A stretch of DNA of 64,000 bases. It comes from Camelus dromedarius (Eukaryota). The position numbers and the translations under genes were made by a program. Below, piece after piece: positions 1 to 12,684 of the stretch (position 1 is its first letter; each line of letters opens with the position of its first letter). The stretch is from the NCBI RefSeq assembly GCF_036321535.1, contig NC_087447.1, positions 40,736,001 through 40,800,000 of the forward strand. The letters are read 5' to 3'. The notes below the pieces were generated by a model, which was not told where the DNA came from, ran no database searches, and was given only the letters and a program-made list of their open reading frames with translations.

Positions 1-2811
1 CCCACTCCCCCTTCTTTCCTGGCTCTCAAGGAGTTTACCGTCCAGATGTAGGGTCAGGCAGATTCCTAGACTAAACATTTCAGAGTAGCATCAGGATGGG
101 AGTAGGTACAGGGACCTCTGGGATACAGAGGTGGATGCCCAGAGATGGCTTCCTTCTGTCAGCCTTGGAAGTCATGTGGGTTTGTCCCAATGCACACACA
201 GGACTGAATGTGTATATAGCCTGCTGGTACCCACACCCACACACTGGTGTGTCATATAGACATATGCATTCGTACCTGTGAGAAGGGACCCAGCACAGAG
301 CAGGGTTTACCCCGTCAGTTCACGTGAAGAGGCCTTAATGAAGCAGTAGGGATGGAGTTAAAGATCATGCATGCCCAGAGACTCACAACGGGAGGAGGCT
401 CTGCTGCACCTAGGGCTGAGGGAACAAGGGAAGAAATAATGTTACCAAGGTAGGAAGGAGCCTGAGTCTTGGAAGTGATGCAGCCTGGAGGGAGCGATCG
501 TCACAGAAGGACACAGCGACTGCCAGAGATGTGGCCCTGAAACTACAGAGGGGAAGAAGCCTCTCCACCACTCTCCTCCTACCCGTTGATTTCCTGCTGA
601 TGCCTCCTGCTGGCTGAGCCCTCCTGAGGGAGGCTGAGTGATGCCATAAGCAGGAGTCTCCTTCCCGGGCAGAGAGCCTGGCAGGGATGGGTGGAGAGCG
701 GAATCTTGGGAGGGTACAAATGGAGAGTAAGTAGTCGGGATATGTAGACAGGGATGTATGCCCATGCGCAGGCATGCACAGGCTGTCCTGGGCTGCTTCC
801 TGCAGGGCATGAGGGTGTGGGGGGGCACGCGGGGGGCTGGGCATGGATGGTGCAGCTGGATGAGTCCCAAGCCCCTCTGGGAAGGGCTCTGAGAGGCCTC
901 TGGATGGGGCTTCCTGCAGGATTTTCTCAAAGCTCATTCACTGTGATGCCTCAGTTGTTTTAAAGAAACTGTGATTGGTTTCCAGCCTCCCCAATCTTTG
1001 CTGAAGGCAACTATGGGTTTGTACATATTTGAGATACATCCACGTGTAGTGTTTTCTCTTTCTGTCCCAGTGCCTATATTCAGGAATTGCGCAAGGTACA
1101 GTGATGGCCCCAGGCGAGGGCTGTATCTGGCCTGAGTCACGTCCTCAGGGCACACCCAGCTCGGGGTGGACATGGGCATCACACACTGTCCTCAGTGAGT
1201 GGCTCAGCCATGCCCTTACCACCTCCAGGCCCCAGAGGCATTCTTGAGTTCTCCCCTCCTTGGCTTCACATCCCTGGCTCTGCCCCCTCCAACACCACTG
1301 ATCTCACTAGGGCCTTCCCAGGACCTGGGAGCTGGCGGCTCCAGGCTGAGCTTCCAGCTGTCACTCGGTGGACAGTGAGTCTGTGATACTGGTTGACAAG
1401 AGCATGCGTGCTGTCCGCTGGCCGGCACAGTGGACCAGCGTGGCCTCGGGTTGTGACCTCTTAAGAACCCCACAGGTGATTTAGTCTAGGTGGCAGGCAG
1501 CAGAGGATGGTGACTGGGAGCTCTGTCTCCGATCCCAGCTCCGTGCAGCCTGGGAGAGCTCCATGACTACACGGTCGATGGTCTGCTTCTCCTTTTCCTC
1601 ATTAGGATGCCTGCTTCACCCCTGTTTTGAGCACGTTGGCTTCCAGAAGGGCCGACTTTGCCCATTTGCATGTAGACTGTCTGCTCAGAGTGCTGTTTGG
1701 ATTTGAGTTCGGTTAACATTGCCCTGATGCTGCTGAGAGAGCCCAGGCCTTGAAGATGTCTCCTGGAGGCAGAGACAGGGCCCTGTTTGCAGCCTAGAGA
1801 AAAGGTCTGTCTTCCTGTTTCCTGTGGAGGGAAGGGATTTGTTCACTTGATTTAAAAACTGCCTTAAGTTATTGAGCATATGTTAAGACAGCAGGGAGCT
1901 GGTTCCCCGCCCTGCCCATTTTAGGGCTGGGTTTGCTCTCTTCCGGCTTCTCTCTGACTGGCCTGGCCTTTCTGTAAGGAGCTTTGCAGTCCTGTGCACA
2001 TGAACGAGTAGAGTCTGTGCCCGGGGGGCAGGGGGTGGAGGACCTGGCCAATGACAAAGACCTGAGCTCCAGGAAAAGCTGCTCATGTGGGATTTAGGTA
2101 GATGTGTGGTACCCGAGCCATCTCCCAGCTGCCCTGCCTTGCTAGAGACTGGACTTGGAAGAACTTCTGGAAGGGGCAGGGATATTTCTGTAGAGAAGTC
2201 TGTGTTGAGTGTGAAAACCAAGAAGAGCTACACAGGCTTACACACTCATACACAGGCACATACCTATAATCCTGTCTCACATACACGCACACACACTCAC
2301 ACTTACAGAAGTGTGCTGTTCGTGTTTGGTCAGAACAGGTAAACCTGTTAAAGGAGATTGCTGACCGCATCTGTAGCACCCAGCTAAATCCCCTCTGGAT
2401 GAGTTAGATTGATTCGCTCAGCACAGAGTGGGGACAAAGCTGGCTACTCTGCGCCCTGGGTACCCAGCCAGTTCTGGGACAGGTGGTACCACATCCTGGT
2501 GCCAGGGGCCCCAGGATCACAGAGATAGCAAGAACGAGGGCAGGGCTGGACTCCTTCCAGAGCTAGAAGCTTCCCCGAGGAATCCCAGGCTGGCGTGACT
2601 CACGAGCGCGCGGGTGTGATGCATGTTCCACGTGTCAGATCGGCTGCCTCCATGAGCCCACACCCAGCCGACTTCGCCCCCTGCAGAACTGGCACCTGTG
2701 GACTTTGGGGCTGGACTGTGCATGCTGGAGTTTGCATGCTAAGGTCAAATTCATCCTCTCTCCACTCACAGCTGTTCTTCCGTTCCTAGAGGAGGAACTT
2801 GGCTAGGAAGT

Positions 2812-3027
2812 CAGTGTAGGGGGTGCAGAGAACACAGCTCAGTGGGAGGGAATCATATATACATCTGGGCCAGCTGTGTGCCTGGCCAAAGCCCCAAACT
2901 TCAGTTTTCTGTCTATAAAGTGAGGCTATTTGAGCCCATCTCTTAGGCCTGCTGGGAGACTTAAATAAATCAGCTCTGAAAAAGCTGCAGCAATGTAGCT
3001 AGCATACAATAGGTGCTCAGTAAGTGA
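2812..3027 (+). mobile_element. MIR SINE (degenerate)
   Basis: Core cttcagttttctgtctataaagtgagg...ttaaataaat...caataggtgctcagtaagtg follows the MIR consensus order. Confidence 0.65.
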
Positions 3028-3206
3028 GGAGCTCCGGTCTCCTGCCTTTGTTTTATATTCTCCTGGCCAAGGGATGCCTTCCACCTACATGAGCGAACCA
3101 GACCCATTCGGGCGCAGGTGACTCTCTGTGCAGCCTGGCTCCATGCTGGCCCAGTCAGCTCTGATGACAAGGGAACAGAGTTCTGGCCTGCTCCTTCCTG
3201 ACCTGG

Positions 3207-3702
3207 TGTATCAGTCAGGTTCTCCAGGGAAACGTGTGTGTGTGTATGTGTGTGTGTGTGTGTATGTGTAATAAAGAGATTTATTATAAGGAATTGGGTC
3301 ACATGATTATAGAGACTGAGAAATCCCTAAATCTGCTGTCGGCAAGCTGGAGAGTCAATGGTGTAGTTCCAGCTCCAAAGCCAGAAGGCTCACGTCCCAA
3401 GAAGAGCCAATGTTTCAGTTCCAGTCTGAAGGCAGGAAAAGACTGATGTCCCAGCTTAAATAGTCAGGCAGGAGGAGTTTCCTATAACTCGTGGAGGGTC
3501 AGCCTTTTTGTTCTATTTAGGCCTTCAACTGATTTGGACGAAGTCCACACACACTGGGGAAGACAATCTGCTTTTCTCAGTCAGCCAAATTCAATATGAA
3601 TCTCATCCAGAAACACCCTCTCAGGCACACCCAGAAAAATGTTTGACCAAATATCTGAGCACTTGATGGCCTAGTCAACTTGACACAAAATTTGTCATCA
3701 CA
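3207..3702 (-). mobile_element. MLT2 (ERVL) solo LTR with internal (TG)n
   Basis: TG...CA termini; reverse complement begins tgtgatgacaaattttgtgtcaagttgactagg (MLT2 5' end); 5-bp TSD-like flanks cctgg (3202-3206) / ccttg (3703-3707). Confidence 0.9.
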
Positions 3703-4351
3703 CCTTGTATCTGGTGACCTCATGCGTCAGTGGGTGTCCCAGTGCAGCATGGGGACAGGCACCAATCTGAGGACCTCCTGGAGCTTTTGGTCACCCCTGT
3801 AATACAGCAGAGGCTATGTTCTGCAGTGGCAGAAGAGCACAGCTTTGGTGGACCCATCAGCTGTTCAGCCATGGAGATAGCATGGAGTCTTGGCCAAGAT
3901 CCAAGCCAGCCTTGCGGGCCTCCTTGGTAGCAGAAATATCAAAGCTTTGCCCTTCCCCTTGTCTAAAATGCCTCTCATTGTCTTCTTCTCCCTCAACCCT
4001 CTGGTTTTAACAACAACCCTGTGGTCTGTACCAGACACCTGGGCATTATATTTGAAACCCCCATACTGTTTCTCACTTACATCCTGATTGTATTCAAGTC
4101 CTGCCAGTTTCTTTCTCCTTAATATTTCCTTCTCAGATCTGTTACTTTTTTCTACCCATTGCCATCACACAGGCCCTACCTGGCATCATCTCTTGCTGCC
4201 TCCCTGCATCTTCCTCCTCAGTAGTCTTCTTGCCCTCAGACTTGCCCTCTGGAGCCTCTCATCCACAAACTTGCCGGAGGGAGCTCTCTAAAATAAGAGA
4301 TCCAACCTCGTCATTCCCTGATTAATCATCTTATCAGCTTCTCACTGCCAA

Positions 4352-4530
4352 ATAGTGTAAGCTGATGCCCTGAGGGCCAAATTCAGCTCACACTTAAAAA
4401 AAAAAAGAATTTGAGTACCTTTACATACTGAAGGGTGTGTACCTTCCAGTTTGACACAGTCCTCACTACTCCTTATTGTCTCACACCTGTCCACTTTCCT
4501 CCTTTGTCACTTGTCCAGTTCCTGAAATCA
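4352..4530. mobile_element. hAT-Charlie MITE fragment, MER102-like
   Basis: ccagtttgacacagtcctcactactccttattgtctcacacc resembles the MER102 internal motif (recalled consensus). Confidence 0.55.
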
Positions 4531-4674
4531 GATGCCCAAACTCTTTAGCATAAAATTTGAGAACCTTCACAATTTGGCCTTGGCTAACCTTCCCATATTT
4601 ATTGTTAGGCAATTCTACCTAAGTACCATGTGCTCTAGCCATCCTGGTCTGTACCTTTCCCCAAACATATGGTA

Positions 4675-5279
4675 TAGTTGACTCTTGAACAACAGCAGGG
4701 GTTAATCCACCTGTAATTTATAGGTAGCACTTTTATCAGCGGTTCTGCCACATCTGCAGATGCAACCAGCCATGGATCGTGTAGTACTGTAGTTTATTTT
4801 TTATTGAAGTATTGTTGATTTACAATGTTATGTTAGTGTCAGGTGTACAGCAAAGTCAGATATATATATATATATAGAATATATATATATTCTATTTCAG
4901 ATTCTTTTCCATTATAGTTTATTACAAGATATTGAATATAGTTTCCTGTGCTATATACACTAGGTCCTTATTGTTTATCGATTTTATATATATATGTATG
5001 TGTATGTTAACTCCAAACTCCTAATGTATCCCTCACCCCTGCCCTTTCCCCTTTGGTAACTGTAGTTTGCTTTGTATATCTGTGAGTCTATTTCTGGTTT
5101 ATAAATAAGTTTATTTGTATCATTTTCTTATATTACAAATATAAGTGATATCATATGATACTTGTCTTTCTCTGACTTACTTCACTAAATATGATAATCT
5201 CTAGGTTCACCCATGTTGCTGCAAATGGCATTATTTCATTCTTTTTTATAGCTAAGTAATATTCCATTGTGTGTATATG

Positions 5280-5326
<47 letters not shown>

Positions 5327-5445
5327 ACACACACACATATACATACACCCCACATCTTCTTTAAGTACTGTAGTATTTACTATGGGAAAATATCCAGGCA
5401 TAAGTGGACCTGCGTAGTTCATACTCATCGTTCAAGGGACAGCTG
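4675..5445. mobile_element. Tigger2-derived MITE (TcMar-Tigger), split by an L1 insertion
   Basis: TIRs tagttgactcttgaacaac (4675) and gttcaagggacagctg (ends 5445) match the Tigger2 TIR CAGTTGACCCTTGAACAAC; TA at 4673-4674. Confidence 0.85.
4794..5363 (-). mobile_element. 5'-truncated L1 (3' UTR) with TSD; contains TA and TG microsatellites
   Basis: T-rich tail then attgaagtattgttgatttacaatg; perfect 11-bp TSD agtactgtagt at 4783-4793 and 5364-5374. Confidence 0.92.
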
Positions 5446-5589
5446 TGATCATCTTCATTTCCATGCCTTTGTCCATGTTGTTCAGTTTCCTTGAGTGACC
5501 CTCCTCTCTCTGAACCCCTGGCTGGTCCCTAATTATCCTGAAGACTCCATTCATACAGCACCCACTCTATGGTCTTTCCATAACATTCT

Positions 5590-5730
5590 CTAAGTGTCAG
5601 CTTCCCTCTCTGTAAAATGGGGTAATCATAGGATCCACCTGATGGGTTAGTCTTGCAGATTAAATGAGATAACCCAGATCAAGTGCTTAGCACAGTGTCC
5701 AGCATATAGAAAGTGCCCAGTAAATACCCA
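5590..5730 (+). mobile_element. MIR SINE
   Basis: tctgtaaaatggggtaatc...gattaaatgagataa...aagtgcttagcacagtg. Confidence 0.85.
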
Positions 5731-6036
5731 GCCACCTGCCTGCCTGGCATCTAGAGAGGTCAGTGTTTCAGGCAGTGGCAACAATAGGGACTCTTCTGTC
5801 TTTCAGCCAGGGTGCCTGACTTTGACAGGCTTTTACCACTCACAGTTAAAACAGATAGATAGTAATTGGTGTCCATCAGGCAGTAAATAAGAGCAGCCTA
5901 TTGCAGGTGCCTGGCTTGACGGGGTCATGTAAGATTGGAGGGGAGGAATTTGTCAGTCCCAGAAAGCTCTATTTGAGAAAGCAAAATGGAGAAGATGAAA
6001 TCTGGTTTTATAAACACATTTAGACTTAAGACTAAA

Positions 6037-6050
6037 ATAGATAGATAGAT

Positions 6051-6090
<40 letters not shown>
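6037..6090. repeat. (GATA)n tetranucleotide microsatellite
   Basis: About 13 TAGA units with one interruption. Confidence 0.95.
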
Positions 6091-6091
<1 letters not shown>

Positions 6092-6779
6092 CAAATAAAT
6101 AAAAATCTTGAAGGAGTTTAACTGTTTCATTGCTCACGGCCTGGTCCCTCTCATTGGTGATCCGTGATGGTAGAGGCAGCACTTGTTGGCTTCTATTTTG
6201 AATGAAGCTCATGTAGACATTTACTTAGGAGAAATCTGTTAATTGCAGGACCACATAGGAATAATAATTATCGTCCCTGTTTGGTCCTGGAATGATTTGA
6301 CTGCATTAGGCTAGAGACTTGCAAGGCACACAAATGATGTGCGGGCATAACAAGAAACCCCCCAGCCCAGCAGCAGACCAGTAAGAGACATTTGATCTAC
6401 AAATGCCTCAGATAGTGACATACAGGTTCTGTGCCAGGTTTTCTTTTTCTTTCTGCAGACAGAAGCTGTAGTGGAGCAGAAGCAGATGATTCTTGGCTCC
6501 ATCCTTTGTCTAGGGTTGGGGGCCACCTCCAAGATAATTAAGACTTTGGGAAAGATCGCAATGCAGGGAGTACAGGCGTGAACTTGAAATGTTCTTGGCT
6601 GGAAATATTAAGGTCATTGGCAATCTAGTGCCAAGACCTGATGAGATGCATTTCTAAATAGAAGAGTAGAGCCCCGGGGTTGAAAGCCCTCCCATAGGAG
6701 GTGTCCACATCAAATGAGAATTCCCATGCCCTAGGCAAAACAGCGTCACAGGCATTGAAGGAGCTCGCCAGCTTAGTGT

Positions 6780-7180
6780 GTGGTGTGGCATAGACTGTGT
6801 TGCTGCTCAGTGGGCTCGCGTAGGCTCCCGTGTGGAGGGGTATACTTCCCTACTGCCCCTGCTGCCACACTTGGCTGTGTGACTGATTTTGGCTAAGAAA
6901 GTGTGAGCAGAAGTGACATGTGTCACTTCCAGATGGAAGCTCTAGGAGCCAGTGTGTCCCTCACCTTGTTCTCTTTCCTCTCTGCCGTGGACACAAAGGT
7001 CTGAGGTACAGGTGCTCCATCAGCCTTGATCTAAGGATGAAGCTGACAGTGATGACACAGGACCAGGGATCCTGGTTGACCCTCGATGGATATGTAGCAT
7101 GACTGAGAAGTAGACCTTTGTGGTGGAAGCCACTGACATTTTGGGTGTTTCTGTTACTGCAGTCTATCTAGACAAATACA
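6780..7180 (+). mobile_element. MLT1J-like (ERVL-MaLR) solo LTR
   Basis: gagcagaagtgacatgtgtcacttcc; 3' end aagccactgacattttgggtgtttctgttactgcag...aaataca. Confidence 0.8.
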
Positions 7181-7789
7181 CTATAGTTTTTAAAGGAGGA
7201 TAGATATGATATTTATTCCTTCTGGGAATAACTAGACATATGCTGATTTTTATAGCAGAAGGCCAATAAGAGAAAGAGGAACTCATAAATGCCAGAAATG
7301 GACCAACAGTTGAGTTTATAAAGGAACATTAACCCCAGGAGTCCACTTTTAAGAGTCTGCAAATTTATTCACAAAGTCATACTACGTCGCTGTCACACAA
7401 ACACTCCCTCACCTATGGAAATGATCACTCCATGACCCGTCCCATGCATTGTGGGAAAAAAATCACACAGGAGGGCCATCACATATTGGTCCTTCAGCCG
7501 TATTTAGCTGCCCACTTTTCCCTGACTGCGTTCTGCCTGCGCAGCTTTGTGATGGCTTTATCCCCTGCCTAGAATGCTGTCGTTCTTTTCCCCTCTTCCA
7601 ACAACCTGTTTCTGTAGTGGCCTTAATGCAAACGTCAACACCATCTCTGGAGCTTTTTCCAAACCCTTCCCCGACTCCAGGCAGATGGGAATTTCTTCCA
7701 TCTCTTCCAGCTCCCAACGGGACAACTCCATGGGTTTGTCTGAGAATGGCTCACATGTGCTCAGCAGCAAATCAGCTTTTCCCACGCCT

Positions 7790-8590
7790 CGTCCCCTTTC
7801 TGCCTCCGCTGTATCCATGAATGACTCCACCATCCATTTAGTGATTAAATCTGTGCCATCACATTCTGTGCCCTCTCTCGATCTTTCCTGCCTCATCTCT
7901 CATCCAGCCAAGTCTTACTGATGAACTCTGAAATGCTTTGTGAACATTTTTGTTCTCATCACCACTGTTCCGGTTCAGGAACTTGTTATCTGGCACTGGT
8001 TTTGATCTGACAGTCTCCTTGTTCACTGTGTTCTCTGCGCCTCACTCATCCTCCACTCTACTGTTCTAGGGCAATACTTCTAAAATATAGATCTGCTGCC
8101 AACTTTTGATCATTGCTGTTGTCTTGAGGATGAGGCTGAAACCTGTTGTCATGGCATCCGGGGCTTTTGAAATCTGCTTCTCCCTTTGGCTGTTTTCCCC
8201 ATCAGCCTATACTCCAGCAACACCAGCATTTATTCTTGTATACATATACTTTTCCTTATATCTCTGAATTTGCCTATGTTTCCTCTGCATGGAATTCCCT
8301 CCTCTCTCCTCTTCAGCCTCCTCTGATAACATTGGTCTTAACCTTCAAGATCCAGTTCAAGTTTCACATCCCCTTGGAAGCCTTCTTGGAGGCTCAGGCA
8401 GAATCTCTGTCTCCTTTCCTAGTGCTCTCCAGGGATTGTGTTTATGCCTCCCTTGAAACATTTCCGTCTCTGTGCCAGCTATGACTTGAGCGTCACAGAT
8501 AAATGTTGTCAAGGCAGGGGCTGGGTCCTACTTATTCGTATATTCCCTTTGCTGAATAGGTGATTGTGTGTGGAGTGCTTCTCAATATAC
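7790..8590 (+). mobile_element. L2 LINE 3' region
   Basis: ctccaccatccatttag..., ccttcaagatccagttcaagtttcacatcccc..., aaggcaggggctgggtc...ctcaata. Confidence 0.7.
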
Positions 8591-8594
8591 ACAG

Positions 8595-9020
8595 ATCAGA
8601 CAGTTTTGTTGTAACGAATAGCCTCCCTCCCCCAAATTAGTGACTCAGAACAAGTCACAGTTATTTCTTGCTCTTATTAATGTTGGAGGCTGTGCAACTC
8701 AGTTGTGGTTGCTCCAGGTTCTGCTAGTTTCTTCCCATTGCAAGGCATGGGCTGAAGGACCAGCCCTTATTTGGGACATGTCATTTTCCTGGAGGAGATA
8801 CAAAAGCAAGAGTCTTTCATGCGATGGATCCCAAAGCTTCTTCTAGGGCACAGTTTATATCACATCCCGTTGGTCAAAACCGGTTACTGCTCAAGTCCAA
8901 TGTCAGTGGAGAAGTATTCTCCCACAGGATGGAAGGGGCACTGCAAGGCAATGGCAATGAATAACAATGTCTAGTATTTTTATAGAGAAGATGGGGCTAA
9001 TAAATAGGAATTACAATATA
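8595..9020 (-). mobile_element. Old MLT1 (K/L-like) LTR
   Basis: gttgtaacgaatagcc...ttatttcttgctc; cacatcccgttggtcaaaacc...aagtccaatgtcagtgg. Confidence 0.6.
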
Positions 9021-9104
9021 CTCCACTCCAGTGTGCTTGTTAAATTAAATGAACTCAAGCTGCTGAAAAGAACCTCACAGAATTCTAATTTCCCCTTATG
9101 TTGG

Positions 9105-9663
9105 ACATTTGTCATTTTTGACACCCAGCATCTGAACTCATGTCTTAGTTTTGGGGAATTCCCTACTTTTTTTTTTTATTGAAGTATAGTCAGTTTACAA
9201 TGTTGTGTCAATTTCTGGTGTCTACATAATGTTTCTGTCATACATATACATACATATATTCCTTTTCATATTCTTTTTCATCATAGGTTACTATAAGATA
9301 TTGAATATAGTTCTCTGTTCCAAACAGTAGGACCTTGTTGTTTATCTATTTTATATATAGTAGTTAGTATCTGCAAATCCTTAACTCCCAATTTATCCCT
9401 TCCCACTCCCTTCCCCTCTGGTAACCCTAAGTTTGTTTCCTTTGTCTGTGAGTCTGTTTCTGTTTTGTAAATAAGTTCATTTGTGTCTTTTTTTTTTTAG
9501 AAAGCAAGACTTGGGGTGATGTATTTGCTGATATTACCAAGAGCCTGGTTCTCCAGCTCTCCTGGCAATTCCACGAGCCACCAATGTTCTTTTATTAACT
9601 CCTTTTCTGCTTGAATCAGCCAGTGCTGTTGCTGTTGCTTGCAGCCATGCATCCTGGCTCACC
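9105..9663 (+). mobile_element. LTR33-like solo LTR, interrupted by L1
   Basis: 5' cccagcatctgaac...tttggggaattccc; 3' ccttttctgcttgaatcagccag...gttgcttgcagcc. Confidence 0.65.
9167..9500 (-). mobile_element. 5'-truncated young L1 3' end
   Basis: Poly-T then attgaagtatagtcagtttacaatgttgtgtcaatttctggtg; highly similar to the copy at 55512-56063. Confidence 0.92.
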
Positions 9664-9679
9664 CACCAACTCCCCTGGG

Positions 9680-9905
9680 GAGGCAGTGTTTAAGGTAGTT
9701 AACAGTGTCAGCCTTGAAACCAGATTTCTTGGCTTTGGAAACCTCTAGCTTCCTGCTACCTGTGTACTTAGAGCAAGCCATTAATCTTCCATCAGCCTCA
9801 GGTTCCTTATCTGTGAAATGGAGGTGATAATAAGACCTACCTCACAGGGTTGTTGCATTAAAGGAGATAATTCACATGGAGGGAGTCCAGGACCTATTAT
9901 GATAA
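9680..9905 (+). mobile_element. MIR SINE
   Basis: gcctcaggttccttatctgtgaaatggaggtgataataagacctacctcacagggttgttg. Confidence 0.85.
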
Positions 9906-12054
9906 TTGTTGTTCGCAAGAAGTTGAAATGACATTCTCAAGTTCATAAAGTATGCTAGCGGGAAAGCTGAGTCTAGCTGAGTCCTGACTTCAGAAGCAGT
10001 GCTTGTGGACCTTCGCTCAGATAGAATTTGCCTCCTGGACATAATGAAAGGGCTTCGGTAAGAAAGTGCACATAAATTACTACTCTCTTGGCAAGCAGTT
10101 TATAAAGAGGACTTGCGTCTGAACTGTTGGTGGATGGCACTGAGCTCTCCTACTTAACTCTCGTCTGCCTAATCTGAGGACGAAGAAAGAAGTTTAGGAT
10201 TTGACAGCTCTGTGGGAATTTCAGAATGAGTGTGGGGAGGGTGTAGAACCTAGATTTGGATGGGAAGTGAATCCGACCTGTGCTGTCTGGGTGGCAAGTG
10301 CATGCTCCGGATTCTCAGATGCGAGGTGCAGGTCGTGCACGGCTAGCTATGTGCCAGTGGCCAAGTGTCCTTGTCAGTAGAGGAGGAGCCATCGCCCTGA
10401 GACTGCTACAGACCTCGGTTCCATGGATGCAGTGGGCTGTCTATTTTGTTTTTGTTTTTCAGCATCTGAAAAAGAATGCAGCTCCGGTGATTTGTATCAG
10501 GATCCTAGCACGCTGTGAGCTTCCCTACAGTGGTCCTGAGTTTAGCATGTAGCATGGACCAATTGGAAGAGCTGTTTGTTTTTTAAGCCTGACTGTGGTG
10601 GGATGGCTGAGGCAGGGCTGCGCGTTTCTGTGGGTGTGCCTCTTGTCTGTGCCGTGAGCTGGGGCCTTGGGTCAGAAAGAACTGTAAAAACTCAGGACAG
10701 ACTCTCATCCCTTACTCCCCTCTGATGAGAGGACCCTCCAGCCCACCTCCATCCGTATCCTCATCCACTCGCCTTGACTGGCCACTGGACGTTGTGTTGG
10801 AAGAGTGGCAGGGATGCAGGTCAGCTGTGAGGCTTCAGAGACAGGCAGCCCTCTCCTTGGGGAGCAGCAGTGATCAGAGTTTTTAGGGCAGGGGAGATGT
10901 GTGTCTGATCTGGTGATTATTCTCTGGAATGGGGAGAAGAGCACCTCAGAAGGAGGACTCTTGTAAGACAAGAGGCCTGGGGCTCCCTTCTCATGTCAGG
11001 GGGTGAGCAGCCACCTGTCCCTGGGGGTGGCTGATGTGGCTCTAGGGTTTCCCCACTTTTGAACCACCTGTGTCCCTACTCTTTTGTTCTGCCTTTTTTT
11101 TGGACCTCAAGAAATTGTTTTTGATGGTGGACTCTCGGGTCAACTGGTCCCAGCTTCCTGTAACAGTGGTTATGGTGCAGAAGTCCCTGTAGGGACATCA
11201 GTACTGCAAGAGCAGGTGCAGCTGCCCGAGTGGCTCGGGCTTCCCTGGGACCCCGAGAAGTATCTGGGCTTCGCTGACGGTAGAGGTGCTGGCTGGCCCC
11301 CCCAGAAGGCTTGTCTGAGCCACGAGTCAGTTCCCTTCCTTTAAGCTGCTGTCAGAAGCCAAAGTAATTGTGGTATAAATTATGTCAGATGAAGGTGGCT
11401 TTGAGTAATTCTTTGGATTCTCTCCACAGGAACCTTCTCTGACATTTTCTGATTGTGAATGAGGCCTGGACCATTCAGGGATAAAGTAGGAGCTCACGAA
11501 AGTGGCTGTCCTGTCTAGCATTTATTCTAAGATGCAAACAGAACTCCCTTTGGCCTCTCAGAGCATCTCTTTGCCTTCTGGCTTGGCCTGCAGAGTCCCG
11601 GAGAACTGGTAAAGCCAATCAGCCTCAACTGCTCAGGGAAGCCCCGGGTGTGGCCCGAAGAGCCAGGGAATGAGGAGCTAGCCCAGCCTGTGGCCAGAGG
11701 GCAAAACTGGACCTGCAGGTCATCTGCACGCAGGACAGACTTTCCTTCCAAGTTTTCATGTTTCTGGTAATTGCTGATGTTTACTATTTGTGAGTATCCA
11801 GATGGTTGTGCTCTTTCAAGACCCTTGGAGAACTTCGAGCTTGGGAGTGGGGGTGTCAGCCCACGTGGGATCATTACGAGGCACAAACGAGCCAGGAGGT
11901 GGTGGGCCTTGTGTTTAGGGTGAGGGAATCCGGGATTGCTGTAGCCTCCAGAGTTGCATCCTGGTCGATACAGCCCGGGAGCCAGAACACAAAGACATAC
12001 GGAGAGACTTCCTTGGTGGCGGAGGGCAGGCAGCTGGTTTCTGGTTTACAGCCT

Positions 12055-12495
12055 GTGATGGGCACAGGGGTGTGCTTCCCAGATCCCCTCCAAGAACGAA
12101 GGACTGGTTTCCCCGTGAGCTGGGAGCCCTGCCAGCAGAAAGCCCCGCTGGCCGGGAGCTGCTGTGGCTGAGAGGGCTGCCTTGCCCCAGGTCTCGCTGC
12201 CTCGCCCCAGGTCTCGCTGCCTCCTTGGGCTATTCTGCAGGAAGTGACTGCCGACATAGGGCGCCTTCACCCCAACTCATGCAGCTCTGTGAAGTCACTC
12301 TATGTTTAAAACTCCTCCAGAGACAGTCCTAGATTCTGTTAAGACTGTATCTCGGCTTGGCTCCTCGCTTTACCCCATCCTGCTTCCTTCCCCCCTTCCA
12401 GAGATGTGGCTCCTAAGAGCCCTCCCTCCTGAAACTCCCCACCCGAGGACCCATCTCCATCTCAGAGGCTGCCTGTCAGAAACTCAACCCGAGAC
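12055..12495 (+). mobile_element. LTR16-family (ERVL) solo LTR
   Basis: Start tgtgatgggcacagggg...cagatcccctccaagaa; end catctccatctcagaggctgcctgtcagaaactcaacccgagac. Confidence 0.75.
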
Positions 12496-12684
12496 TTCTC
12501 ATTTTAAGCCAGAGAGCCCTGGGCCATCTCTGAGATAGTTCTCTTTTGCTCAATGAGTAGCAGAGGGCTTTTCAGAGATGCCTTAAATGTCTGGTCTGGG
12601 AGGAGTGGGAAGCCAGCCATTTATCTGGGTGGCCATTTGTGACTGTGGCTGGCTGGGGTGGCAGTGGCTGCGCTCCCACTTGCT

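Larger units (their letters stand above)
4030..5590 (+). mobile_element. L2 LINE 3' region, fragmented by nested insertions
   Basis: Pyrimidine-rich L2-like segments at about 4030-4350, 4530-4670 and 5450-5590 (e.g. catgcctttgtccatgttgttc) continue collinearly across the inserts. Confidence 0.6.

Noticed and set aside
6910..6929. Hairpin gaagtgaca-tg-tgtcacttc as a miRNA or terminator
   Set aside because: It is part of the MLT1J-like LTR and far too short for a pre-miRNA
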